Shown here piece after piece: positions 9,983-19,163 of a stretch of 64,000 nt of DNA. Numbering within the stretch: the stretch's first letter is position 1; each line of letters opens with the position of its first letter. Origin of the DNA: an uncultured Gemmatimonadales bacterium (lineage in GTDB: Bacteria; Gemmatimonadota; Gemmatimonadetes; Gemmatimonadales; Gemmatimonadaceae); assembly GCA_963851265.1 (NCBI GenBank), contig CAWKNZ010000002.1, positions 160,001-224,000 on the forward strand, written 5' to 3'. Under the pieces are notes generated by a model. It was not told the origin of the DNA. It saw nothing but the letters and a program-made list of their open reading frames with translations, and did no database searches. The translations under genes and the position numbers were made by a program.

Positions 9983-10569
9983 TGACGGCGCGCGCGGCGC
10001 CGCGTCCGGCGGCGCGTCCCGCGGCGCGTCCGGCGAGGCGTCCGGCGGGGACCAAGGCCCCCAAGGCCGGCGAGGTGCGTCAGGCGACGCTCGTCGACGG
10101 CACGCCGCTGCCGTTCGAGATCAGGCGGTCGGCGATCCAGGGGATGGGTGCGTTCGCCACGCGGCGGCTGCGCAAGGGGCAGCGGCTGGCGGAGTACGAG
10201 GGGGAGCACATCGACCAAGCCGAAGCGGATCGGCGGTACGCCGAGGCGGGCATGAGGCGGCACCACACGTTCCTGTTCACGCTCGACGAGGACGAGGTGA
10301 TCGACGGGAAGCGGGCGGGGAACGACTCGCGGTTCATCAACCACTCGTGCGAGCCCAACTGCGAGGCGTGGATCGACGGCGGGCGGATCTTCATCCACGC
10401 GTTGAAGAACATCCAGCCCGGGACCGAGCTCACGTACGACTATCAGTACGAACGGACCGAGGCGCACACGGCGGAGGACGAGCAGTTCTATGCATGCCGG
10501 TGTGGGACGCCGAGCTGTCGGGGGACGATCCTGGCGCCGCGGAAGAAGGGGAGGGGGCGAACGGCGTAG
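9982..10569 (+). CDS. SET-domain protein-lysine methyltransferase with post-SET
   Basis: G.GAFA, EYEGE, RFINHSCEPN, ELTYDY, post-SET CRCGTPSCRG. Confidence 0.93.
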   Translation: MTARAAPRPAARPAARPARRPAGTKAPKAGEVRQATLVDGTPLPFEIRRSAIQGMGAFATRRLRKGQRLAEYEGEHIDQAEADRRYAEAGMRRHHTFLFTLDEDEVIDGKRAGNDSRFINHSCEPNCEAWIDGGRIFIHALKNIQPGTELTYDYQYERTEAHTAEDEQFYACRCGTPSCRGTILAPRKKGRGRTA

Positions 10570-10706
10570 GTGACGAGGCAGGCGCTGGCCGGCGCACCGG
10601 GTGCGGGGGTCGGCTGGTGTCCGCGCCGGGAGGCGGGTCGCGGTACGATGGGTGCTCGGGACGGGGCGGTTTGCGTTAACACGTTCGTTCCTCTCGCGTC
10701 CACCTC

Positions 10707-11267
10707 ATGCCCGACCACGTCGAACCCGGAAAAGTCTCCTCGCAGCGCGTCTACACCGGTCGCATCGTGCACCTGGACGTCGACACGGTGCGTTTCCCCG
10801 ACGGGTCGACGGGGGAGCTGGAGATGTTCCGGCACCCGGGCGCGAGCGCGGTGGTGCCGTTCCTGTCGGACCCGGCGGGAGACGATCCGCAGGTGCTGCT
10901 GATCCGGCAGTACCGATATGCGACGGGAGGCTACCTGTGGGAGGTGCCCGCGGGTCGGTTGGAGCCGGGGGAGGATCCGGCGGTGTGTGCCGGACGCGAG
11001 CTGCAGGAAGAAACCGGATGCACGGCGGACCGTATTGAGCGGCTGACGACGATCTGGACCACGCCAGGTTTCTGCGACGAGCAGATCCACCTGTTCATGG
11101 CGACCGGGCTCACGCGCGGGGAGGCGCACCGCGAGAAGGACGAGTTCCTGACGGTGGAGCCGCGGGCGTTGTCGGAGGCGTTGACGATGATCGAGCGGGG
11201 AGAGATCCGGGACGGGAAGACGGTGTCGTCGCTGCTCTTCGTGGCCGGGTTTCGACTGGGGCGGTAA
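10707..11267 (+). CDS. NUDIX hydrolase (ADP-ribose pyrophosphatase-like)
   Basis: Nudix box G.LEPGEDPAVCAGRELQEETG; QYRY, TPGF, DGKT. Confidence 0.92.
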   Translation: MPDHVEPGKVSSQRVYTGRIVHLDVDTVRFPDGSTGELEMFRHPGASAVVPFLSDPAGDDPQVLLIRQYRYATGGYLWEVPAGRLEPGEDPAVCAGRELQEETGCTADRIERLTTIWTTPGFCDEQIHLFMATGLTRGEAHREKDEFLTVEPRALSEALTMIERGEIRDGKTVSSLLFVAGFRLGR

Positions 11268-11319
11268 TACTGCTACATGTACTAGACAGCAGAAGTGTCC
11301 TCGCGGGTGTCGCGTCGTG

Positions 11320-11348
11320 TGGACAACCGGACCGGCCGGGGCTAGATT
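11320..11348 (+). promoter_or_regulatory. Putative sigma70 promoter for the ECF sigma gene
   Basis: TGGACA-N17-TAGATT. Confidence 0.55.
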
Positions 11349-11507
11349 GGGGTTGGGGCATAAGGGGGTCGATCGCGTTGCGTGTCAACGAGTTGCACGC
11401 GACGCGGGGCTGACGCGTTGAAGGGCACGCAGGGTGCCGTTCACGCGGCCAGGGGACATCCGGACCGCTACGTCGCACGCAGGCGCAGGCATCTCGGGGG
11501 GACACAG

Positions 11508-12161
11508 ATGGCGGACGTCGCACTCAAGCGCGGGACCTCGCAGCTCACCGCCGCCCAGCAGGGCGCCGCGGTGCGCGAACAGCTGCGCACGATGGAGGAC
11601 GGCGACGTGGTCGCCAGCTTCCTCGGCGGCGAGGAGCGCGCGTTTCAGGAACTCGTGTCGCGGTACCAGACGCGGCTGCTGAATTTCATCTATCGCACGA
11701 TCGGCGACCGGGAGAAGGCGGAGGACCTCGTCCAGGAGGTGTTCATCCGCGTGTACCGTCACATCGGCCGCTTCGACCGCTCGAAGAAGTTTTCGACCTG
11801 GATCTACACGATTGCCAGCAACCTGGCGAAGAACGAGCTGCGCAATCGATCGCGCAATCCGCTCGTGCTCTTCCAGGCGATCAAGAAGACCAGCCAGGAG
11901 GACGACCGTCCGCTGCAGTTCGAGGATTCGGCGAGTCGGCCGGACGACCTCTACCGCAAGCGCCACCTGCGCGAGCTCGTCGAGGACAGCGTGGCCAAGC
12001 TGCCGGCGCACCACCGCGAGGTGTTCGTGCTGCGCGAGCTCGAAGGCAAGAGTTACGAGGAGATCGCCGAGATCACGAACACCAACCTCGGGACGGTCAA
12101 GTCGCGGCTGAACCGGGCGCGGAACAGCTTCGCGGATCTGATCGAGCCGAAGCTGCGGTAG
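11508..12161 (+). CDS. ECF RNA polymerase sigma factor (RpoE/SigW-like)
   Basis: Region 2 AEDLVQEVFIRVY...FSTWIYTIA.N; region 4 LRELEGKSYEEIA.....GTVKSRLNRAR. Confidence 0.95.
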   Translation: MADVALKRGTSQLTAAQQGAAVREQLRTMEDGDVVASFLGGEERAFQELVSRYQTRLLNFIYRTIGDREKAEDLVQEVFIRVYRHIGRFDRSKKFSTWIYTIASNLAKNELRNRSRNPLVLFQAIKKTSQEDDRPLQFEDSASRPDDLYRKRHLRELVEDSVAKLPAHHREVFVLRELEGKSYEEIAEITNTNLGTVKSRLNRARNSFADLIEPKLR

Positions 12162-12193
12162 ACGATCGCACGGCAGGACGACCAACGATCGTG

Positions 12194-12228
12194 GAGACGG
12201 GCGCCCGGGCAGGGCGCCCGTTTCGTTT
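12194..12228 (+). terminator. Intrinsic terminator after the ECF sigma gene
   Basis: Stem gagacgggcgccc / gggcgcccgtttc, 5-nt loop, T-rich tail. Confidence 0.7.
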
Positions 12229-12347
12229 GCGCGGCCCTCATGCGTCGGGGCACGCGGCGTGACCGTACGTGACCGTACATGAACATCCGGAACCCGCGGG
12301 GGGCGGAGCGGGTACCGGACGCCGATGTCATTCACCGCTGCCCCGTC

Positions 12348-13136
12348 ATGGACTGCACCGACTTTCGCCGGCATCACCTCGCGTACCTAGACGACACCCT
12401 GCCGGGTGACGTGCTCGTGGCGGCGGAGCGGCACCGCGTCGAGTGTGCCGCGTGCGGCGCGCACGACACGCTCGTGCGGCGGTCGCTCCTCCTCGCGCGC
12501 AACCTGCCGAGCATCGAGCCGTCGGCGGACTTCACGGCGCGTCTGGACGCGAGGCTGCGCGAGGTGCGCGCCGAAGGACGCGCGGACGTGAAAGAGCTGG
12601 CGTGGGCGGAGGCGCGCTGGAACGGGGCGGCGTGGTACGAGCGCCTGGTGCAAGACGCCGGGGGGTGGGGGCGGCAGGCGGTTGGCGCGGCGGTGGTGCT
12701 CGCGGCCGTCTCGGCCGGGTACGCGATGGGCGGCGGCCGCGACGGCACGCGCGAGCCCGCGACGGGCGCCGGGGCGGTCGCGGCGCCGCCGCCCGCCGCG
12801 TCGACGTTGGGCGCGCGCGCGGCGGACGGCGGCACCGTGTTAGGCGCGGCCGTGGTGGCGGCGCCGGCCGGGATCGCGGCGCACGCGGCGCGGCGCCGGG
12901 ACGGCACCCGGGCGACGGTCGACCCGTCGACCGTCGCCCGCGACGCCGAGGACCTCAACCCGCCCGCCTACATCCCGCTGCCGGCGGGCGCGGTCGAGGC
13001 GAGCGCGCTGCTCGGGCCGGCGTCGGCCGGGATCCCGGTGTGGCCGGCAGCCCTGCTCGCCGGTGAGGCGCCGTTCCAGCTGCGGGCGGCGGGACGCGGC
13101 GCGCCGTCGTTGCGCGTGGTCGGACTGTCGCACTAG
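12348..13136 (+). CDS. Zinc-binding (zf-HC2/ZAS) membrane anti-sigma factor
   Basis: MDC..F....AYLD..L...HRVECAAC (HxxxCxxC); one TM helix; downstream of the ECF sigma. Confidence 0.85.
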   Translation: MDCTDFRRHHLAYLDDTLPGDVLVAAERHRVECAACGAHDTLVRRSLLLARNLPSIEPSADFTARLDARLREVRAEGRADVKELAWAEARWNGAAWYERLVQDAGGWGRQAVGAAVVLAAVSAGYAMGGGRDGTREPATGAGAVAAPPPAASTLGARAADGGTVLGAAVVAAPAGIAAHAARRRDGTRATVDPSTVARDAEDLNPPAYIPLPAGAVEASALLGPASAGIPVWPAALLAGEAPFQLRAAGRGAPSLRVVGLSH

Positions 13137-13496
13137 GTCGCGCCGACCGCCTGGAACCGCGGGGCACGGCGCGACGCGCGCGCGACGACGCCCAGGTCTG
13201 ATCGGACCCCCGGTCCCCTGCGCCGCGCCCGGCGCCTAACAGCAGGCAGCGGGACGCTGGGTGCGCGGCGCGTGACGGAACCGGCACGCCGGCGCCCGGT
13301 GGACGGCAGCGCTCGGCGGGACGGGCCGCGCGTACGGCAGCCGGCGGACGCGGGACTGCTCGGACCTCGCGTGCCCTGGCGGCCGCGCCCGCAGGCGTGG
13401 GCTTGGACCTCGTCCGCGGTACCTTTCGCGCCAGCCCGCGCCCCCGGCTCGCGATCGCGCGCCCGGCCCCGCTGCCCTCACCCCGCACCCGCCCGC

Positions 13497-15119
13497 ATGT
13501 ACCGCATCCTCGTGACCGACGACGTCGACCGCGACGGGCTCGCGCTGCTCGCCGCCGACCCGCGCCTGCAGGTGGACGAAGTGCCCACACTCCCGGCCGC
13601 GGCGTTGCTCGAGCGGATCGGTGGGTACGACGCGATCGTCGGCCGGAGCGCCACGAAGATCTCGCCCGAGTTGCTCGAAGCGGGGACGCGACTGAAGGTG
13701 GTCGGCCGCGCCGGGGTGGGCGTCGACAACGTGGCGATGGACGTGGCGACGTCGCTGGGGGTGGCGGTGATCAACGCGCCCGCGGGCAACACGGTCGCGG
13801 TGGCGGAGCTGTTCTTCGGCACGGTGCTCGGGCTCTTGCGGGAACTGCCGCGCGCGGACGCTGCGATGCGCGCGGGGCGCTGGGACCGCGCGAGCTTTCT
13901 GGGTGCGGAGCTCAAGGGGCGCACGATCGGCATCGTGGGGCTCGGGCGCATCGGGGGCGAGGTGTCGGCGCGGGCGCACGCGTTCGGCGCGGAGGTGGTC
14001 GCGTTCGACCCGTACGTGGCCGACGGCCGCTTCGCCGCGCTGCGGGTGCGCCGGGCGGCGACGCTCGACCTGCTGGCCGAGGAGGCGGACGTGCTGACGG
14101 TTCACACGCCGCTCACCGACGAGACGCGCGGGCTGGTGGGGCGGCGCGAGCTGGGGCGGCTCAAGCCGGGGTCGATCGTCGTGAACATGGCGCGGGGCGG
14201 GATCATCGACGAGGCGGCGCTGCTCGCGGTGCTGCAGGACGGGCTGCCCGGCGGCGGCGCGCTGCGCGGCGCGGTGCTCGACGTGTACGCGAGCGAGCCG
14301 CCGCCGCCGGAGCACCCGTTCCGGCACCTGCCTAACGTGTTCCTGACGCCGCACCTGGGCGCCAACACGGCCGAGGCGCAGCGGAACGTGGCGGTGGACG
14401 TGTGCGCCGCGGTGCGCGACGCGCTCGTGTCGGGCGAGCTGTCGCGGTCGATGAACGTGGCCGGCGCGGACGGGGCGGGCGGGTCGTGGGCCGCGCTCGG
14501 GCCGGCGATGCTGGTGGCGCGCCGCGCGGCCGCGGTGGCGCGCGCGGTGCTCGCCGACCTCGGCGTGCGCGCGGTGCAGCGGCTCACGCTGCGGGCGGGG
14601 GCGGGGCTCGCCGCGGGCCGTGAGGCCCTGCTGGGCGCGGCGGCGCTCGGCGCGGTCGAGGGCGTGGTGGAGCAGGAGCGGCTGAACCTGATCAACGCGC
14701 GCGCGGTGGCCGCGGGGCGCGGGCTGGAGCTGGCCGCGGGCGAGAGCGAGGCGCTCGCGCCCAACGCGATCGAGGTGTCGGTGCGCGGCGCGATGCAGGA
14801 GCTCACCGTGGCCGGCATCGCGCCCGCCGACGGGAGCCCGCGCCTGACGCGCATCGGGGCGTTCCCGGTGGACGTGAACCCGCGGCAGACGCTGCTCGTG
14901 CTCACCAACCGCGACGTGCCGGGCGTGATCGGGCGCGTCGGCACCCTGTTAGGCACCGCGGGCGTGAACATCGCCGAGTACCACCAGGCGCGGCTGGCGC
15001 AGGGGGGCGAGGCGCTGGCCGTGATCGCCGTGGACGGCGTGGTCGGGGAGGCGGTGCGCGAGGCGCTCCGCGACCTGCCCGAGGTGCACGGCGCGGCGGT
15101 GTCGACCTACCGTGGGTGA
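13497..15119 (+). CDS. serA: D-3-phosphoglycerate dehydrogenase
   Basis: RAGVGVDNV, GLGRIG, HTPLT.ET, N.ARGG, TPHLGA; C-terminal ACT domain (NRDVPGVIG). Confidence 0.93.
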   Translation: MYRILVTDDVDRDGLALLAADPRLQVDEVPTLPAAALLERIGGYDAIVGRSATKISPELLEAGTRLKVVGRAGVGVDNVAMDVATSLGVAVINAPAGNTVAVAELFFGTVLGLLRELPRADAAMRAGRWDRASFLGAELKGRTIGIVGLGRIGGEVSARAHAFGAEVVAFDPYVADGRFAALRVRRAATLDLLAEEADVLTVHTPLTDETRGLVGRRELGRLKPGSIVVNMARGGIIDEAALLAVLQDGLPGGGALRGAVLDVYASEPPPPEHPFRHLPNVFLTPHLGANTAEAQRNVAVDVCAAVRDALVSGELSRSMNVAGADGAGGSWAALGPAMLVARRAAAVARAVLADLGVRAVQRLTLRAGAGLAAGREALLGAAALGAVEGVVEQERLNLINARAVAAGRGLELAAGESEALAPNAIEVSVRGAMQELTVAGIAPADGSPRLTRIGAFPVDVNPRQTLLVLTNRDVPGVIGRVGTLLGTAGVNIAEYHQARLAQGGEALAVIAVDGVVGEAVREALRDLPEVHGAAVSTYRG

Positions 15120-15588
15120 CGCGCGCGCTCCCGACTTCTTGACCTCCGATTCCGTGCATCACACCCCGGGTTTTCTCCGCTTCGTCGACGCCGTGCGCCC
15201 CCGCGTGCGCGAGGTCTCGGTGCCCGACGCGCGGGCGCGCATGGCCGCGGGCGCCCGCCTCCTCGACGTGCGCGAGGACGACGAGTGGGCCGTCGGCCAC
15301 GCCGCGGGCGCCGAGCACCTGGGCCGCGGCGTGCTGGAGCGCGACGTCGAGACGCGCGTGCCCGACCCGGGTACCGAGCTGCTGCTGTACTGCGGCGGCG
15401 GGTACCGCTCGGCGCTCGCCGTCGACACGCTCCAGCGTATGGGCTACACGAACGTCTTCTCGGTCGAAGGCGGGTGGCGCGGCTGGCACGCCGCGGGCGC
15501 ACCCATCGTCGGCGAGCCGCCCGCGCCCGAGCCGCCCGAGCCGCCCGCCGCTCCGGGGCCTGCAGTTCCGTCGCCCGCCGCTCCGTGA
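15112..15588 (+). CDS. Rhodanese-like sulfurtransferase
   Basis: LDVREDDEW..GH, LYCGGGYRS, EGGWRGW; true start may be GTG 15154. Confidence 0.88.
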   Translation: MGDARAPDFLTSDSVHHTPGFLRFVDAVRPRVREVSVPDARARMAAGARLLDVREDDEWAVGHAAGAEHLGRGVLERDVETRVPDPGTELLLYCGGGYRSALAVDTLQRMGYTNVFSVEGGWRGWHAAGAPIVGEPPAPEPPEPPAAPGPAVPSPAAP

Positions 15589-15608
15589 CTTCTGACCCCA
15601 ACCGTCGC

Positions 15609-15935
15609 ATGAGCGCCGACCGGCCTTCCGATCCGCACCTCGTGCCCGCGTGGCTGCTGGGCCGCTGGCGGCTGCTGCGCGCGGAGCCCGGGCTCGACTT
15701 CGCGCCGGGCGTGGCGATGGAATTCCTCACCGGTGGACGGCTGCGCTACTCGTTCGACGTCGGCGAGCGCACGCAGGTGCTGGCACTCGTCTATCAAGTG
15801 GAGGGCAACGTGCTGCGCACCGACAACCCGCGCGCGCCGCACGCGGTCGAGACGCACTACCGCCTGGGAGAGGCCGGGGTGCTCGAGTTCGACTTCTCGG
15901 GCGTGCGCGCGTGGTTCGTGAAGGAGAGCGTCTGA
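15609..15935 (+). CDS. Hypothetical protein (small beta-rich domain)
   Basis: Coding-like codon usage from ATG 15609; LLGRWRLLRA..., ends RAWFVKE; no family recognised. Confidence 0.7.
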   Translation: MSADRPSDPHLVPAWLLGRWRLLRAEPGLDFAPGVAMEFLTGGRLRYSFDVGERTQVLALVYQVEGNVLRTDNPRAPHAVETHYRLGEAGVLEFDFSGVRAWFVKESV

Positions 15936-15951
15936 TACCCAACCGTTTGCC

Positions 15952-15980
15952 TTGACGCGCGCGCCCGTGATGCGTAGCGT
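15952..15980 (+). promoter_or_regulatory. Putative sigma70 promoter upstream of the MATE leader
   Basis: TTGACG-N17-TAGCGT. Confidence 0.6.
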
Positions 15981-16059
15981 GGCGGACCGCCGCGCGCACG
16001 TACCCGAGACCGTACGGGGCACGATCCCGCGCCCACCGCTCCGCGCCCTTCCACCGCCG

Positions 16060-16161
16060 ATGCGCCTCCCACTCACTGCCGTCACCCCCGCCGCCCGGCG
16101 CATCGCGCCGGCGTGGGGAGGCGCGCGCCCGACCGTCGTGGTCGTCGCGGCGGGCGCATGA
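16060..16161 (+). CDS. Putative 33-aa leader peptide (uORF) of the MATE gene
   Basis: ATG..TGA (MRLPLTAVTPAARRIAPAWGGARPTVVVVAAGA) between the promoter and a terminator-like hairpin. Confidence 0.4.
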   Translation: MRLPLTAVTPAARRIAPAWGGARPTVVVVAAGA

Positions 16162-16221
16162 GGAGGCTGCACAGGGACTAGCGCGCGCGCCACCCGGCCG
16201 CCGCCGGCGCGCCACACGCGC

Positions 16222-16285
16222 CGCGAGACGCCTCACCTGTGCCCGACCGGCCGGTGGGGCGTTTCGCGTTCATCCCTTTCTCTTG
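16222..16285 (+). terminator. Attenuator/terminator-like hairpin in the MATE 5' leader
   Basis: 16-bp stem 16222-16237 / 16253-16268 (2 G-U) followed by TTCATCCCTTTCTCTT. Confidence 0.6.
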
Positions 16286-16302
16286 TCCGCACGGAGCGGC
16301 GC

Positions 16303-17784
16303 ATGCCCGGTATAGAAGAACCGATCGACCTGAGCGCGACCACTTCCGCCCCGCGTTCGGCCGCGGAGGCGCCGCGGCCGCAGTCCACCCCGCCGCCCGT
16401 GCCCGGCTTCTGGGCGTCGGTGCGCGAGGCGCTCGCCGGCAGCCACCAGGACTTCACCGCCGGCCCGTTAGGCCGTGCGATCCTGCTGCTCGCCGTCCCG
16501 ATGGTGCTCGAGATGGCGATGGAGAGCGTGTTCGCGGTCACCGACGCGTACTTCGTCGGCCGGCTCGGCGCCGACGCGCTCGCCACCGTCGGCCTCACCG
16601 AGTCGATGCTCGCCGTGGTCTACGCGCTCGCCATGGGACTCGGCGTGGGCGCGACGGCGGTGGTCGCGCGGCGCGTGGGCGAGAAGGACCCCGCCGGCGC
16701 GGCGCGCGCGGCCGCGACGGCGGTGGCCATCGGCGTCGCGCTCTCGCTCGTGCTCGGCGCGGCGGGCGCGGTGCTCGCCCCGCGGCTGCTCGCCCTCATG
16801 GGCGCGCCGGCGGGCGTGCTCGCCACCGGCACCGGGTACGCGCGCATCATGCTCGGCGGTGAGGCCAGCATCATCCTGCTCTTCGTGGCCAACGCGATCT
16901 TCCGCGGCGCGGGCGACGCGGCGATCGCGATGCGGACGCTCTGGCTGGCCAACGCGATCAACATCGTGCTCGGGCCGCTGCTCATCTTCGGCCCGGGCCC
17001 GTTCCCGGCGCTCGGCGTGACCGGCGCGGCCGTCGCGACGACGATCGGCCGCAGCACGGGTGCGCTCTACGCCCTCTGGCGGCTCACGCGCCCGACGAGC
17101 CGCGTGCACGTCGCGCGGCGCGACTTCGCCGTCGACCGTGCGGTGGTCCGCCGGATCGTGGACGTGGCCGGCGCGGCCGCCGCGCAGTCGATGATCGGGA
17201 CGGCGAGCTGGATCGGGCTCGTGCGCGTGGTCGCCACCTTCGGCGCGACGGCGCTCGCCGGCTACACGATCACGATGCGCGTGATCGTCTTCGCCATCCT
17301 CCCCGCCTTCGGGATGAGCAACGCCGCGGCGACGCTCGTCGGCCAGGCGTTAGGCGCGCGCGACCCGGGGCGCGCCGAGCGTGCGGTGTGGACGACGGGG
17401 CACTACAACGCGGCGTTCCTCGGCGTGCTCAGCCTGCTGTTCGTGTTCGCCGCGCCGGCGCTCGTCGGCGTGTTCACGCACGACCCCGGCGTGCTGCGCT
17501 ACGGCGCCGACGGGCTGCGCGTGGTCGCCGCGGGGTTCGTGCTGTACGCGTACGGCCTCGTGCTCACGGCCGCGTTCAACGGGGCGGGCGACACGCGGAC
17601 GCCGACGGTGCTCAACCTCGTCGTGTTCTGGCTGTTCGAGATCCCCGTGGCGTACGTGCTCGCGCGGACGCTCGGGATGGGGCCGCACGGGGTGTTCGTG
17701 GCGATCGCGCTCGCGTTCTCGCTGCTGGCGGTGGCGAGTGCGGCCGTGTTTCGGCGCGGCCGGTGGAAGCGGAGCGTGGTGTGA
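16303..17784 (+). CDS. MATE-family efflux transporter
   Basis: About 12 TM; LAVPMVLEM.MES.F...D..FV..LG, FRGAGD, NIVL.P.LIFG, FNGAGDT.TP. Confidence 0.93.
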   Translation: MPGIEEPIDLSATTSAPRSAAEAPRPQSTPPPVPGFWASVREALAGSHQDFTAGPLGRAILLLAVPMVLEMAMESVFAVTDAYFVGRLGADALATVGLTESMLAVVYALAMGLGVGATAVVARRVGEKDPAGAARAAATAVAIGVALSLVLGAAGAVLAPRLLALMGAPAGVLATGTGYARIMLGGEASIILLFVANAIFRGAGDAAIAMRTLWLANAINIVLGPLLIFGPGPFPALGVTGAAVATTIGRSTGALYALWRLTRPTSRVHVARRDFAVDRAVVRRIVDVAGAAAAQSMIGTASWIGLVRVVATFGATALAGYTITMRVIVFAILPAFGMSNAAATLVGQALGARDPGRAERAVWTTGHYNAAFLGVLSLLFVFAAPALVGVFTHDPGVLRYGADGLRVVAAGFVLYAYGLVLTAAFNGAGDTRTPTVLNLVVFWLFEIPVAYVLARTLGMGPHGVFVAIALAFSLLAVASAAVFRRGRWKRSVV

Positions 17785-17832
17785 CCGCGGCGCGGGGCGT
17801 GCGGGCCGGACGCCACCCCGCGCCTCGCGCGC

Positions 17833-19116
17833 TCACCTCCCCACGCGCCCCATACTCGTCACGAACCCGGCGTACAGCGCGTGCGGCTGCGGTCCGACGA
17901 TCGGGACGATGGTCCCGAAATCCATCTCCAGCTCCGGCCGCACCACGAACGTCGGACCGGTGAGCACGGCGACGATGGGCGCGTTTCCCGCGGGCCCGTG
18001 CGTGCCGGGGTAGCCGTACATCTCGAGTGCCCAGCCGAGCGCGCCGCGCACGGGGATGCCGGCAGCCGCGGCCCAGAGCGTCGAGGTCCTGGGCGCGCGC
18101 GTGCCGTTGCCGGTGCGCCACGTCGCGCCGACGTTGAGGTCGAGGCTGGCGGCGCCGACCGTGCGGGAGTTGATGAGCGTGAGGCTCGCGTCGGTGGTGC
18201 CGGTCCCGCGCGCGCCGCCGGTGGGAAGCTTGATTGCGGGCAGGAGGGCTACGTCCTGCAAGAGCGGGCGGTCCTCGCTCACGCGCCACTTGAGCGAGAC
18301 CGCGGCGTCGCCGAGTCCGAACGGCGTGCCCGTCGCGCCGGCGGTGGGGAGCTGCAGGCCGAGCTGGGTGTGCGGCCCGAGGCCGATCTTGAGCAGCGAC
18401 GGCACCGACACGAGGTGCGTGCCGTCGCCCGGCGCGTCGCGCTCGAACCCGCTCTCGACCTCGGCGTAGCCTGGCGCCACGGTGCCGGCGTGCGTCGCCA
18501 CGCTCGGGCGTTCGGGCTGGACGGCGCGCGGGTGGAAGGCGCCGCCCGGCGCCACGTCGCCCGGCGCCACGCCGGCCGCGCCCGATGCGCTGCCGGCGGC
18601 GCTGCCGGCGGCGTCGGGCGGTGCGGGCGGGGGTGCGGGGGGCGGCGCGGAGGGCCGCGCGGCAGCTGGCGCGCCGCCTGGCACGGGCGCAGGAGCGCCG
18701 GAGGGCGCGAGGCGCTCCTGCAGCACGCGCACGCCGGTGTGGTGCTGTCCCGCGTAGCCGCGCAGCACGAGGCGGCGGTGCGGCGGTGTGCCGGGTGCCC
18801 GGACCGTGTCGAGCGCGAATGCCGTGCACGACGCCGCGTCGCGTCCGGGGCGCCGGACGAAGCAGAGCGCGGGCGCGCCGGCGTTGGTCCGGCCTAACGA
18901 CCAGCGGCCGAAGTAGCGACGCTCCATGCGGGCGCGGCCGTCGGCCCCGACGCGCACCCGCACGAGCGCGTCGGCGCCGTCCGCGGCGAGCACCCACACG
19001 CTCGTGTCGCCCGGGACGGTCTTGGCGACGTCGACCCACTCGCCGGAAATGGCCGGAGGTGCAGCGGCGTGAGGAGAGGGCACGGGTGGGTAGAGGTGGG
19101 GATGAGATCGCACCAC
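17833..19116 (-). CDS. Hypothetical protein: unknown N-domain, Pro/Ala linker, outer-membrane 'transporter' (MetA-pathway-like) barrel
   Basis: C-terminal part PERPSVATHAGTV.PG..EVESG, LLKIGL, GLGD..VSLKW, KLPTG; start uncertain. Confidence 0.6.
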   Translation of the reverse strand: MVRSHPHLYPPVPSPHAAAPPAISGEWVDVAKTVPGDTSVWVLAADGADALVRVRVGADGRARMERRYFGRWSLGRTNAGAPALCFVRRPGRDAASCTAFALDTVRAPGTPPHRRLVLRGYAGQHHTGVRVLQERLAPSGAPAPVPGGAPAAARPSAPPPAPPPAPPDAAGSAAGSASGAAGVAPGDVAPGGAFHPRAVQPERPSVATHAGTVAPGYAEVESGFERDAPGDGTHLVSVPSLLKIGLGPHTQLGLQLPTAGATGTPFGLGDAAVSLKWRVSEDRPLLQDVALLPAIKLPTGGARGTGTTDASLTLINSRTVGAASLDLNVGATWRTGNGTRAPRTSTLWAAAAGIPVRGALGWALEMYGYPGTHGPAGNAPIVAVLTGPTFVVRPELEMDFGTIVPIVGPQPHALYAGFVTSMGRVGR

Positions 19117-19163
19117 GAGCGCCCGATCGGCAATGCGACGCCGACCACGCCGAGCGGGCGACG

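Noticed and set aside
3786..10569. RiPP cluster built around the M16 peptidases and SET enzyme
   Set aside because: No precursor peptide, radical SAM, YcaO or other maturase is visible nearby.
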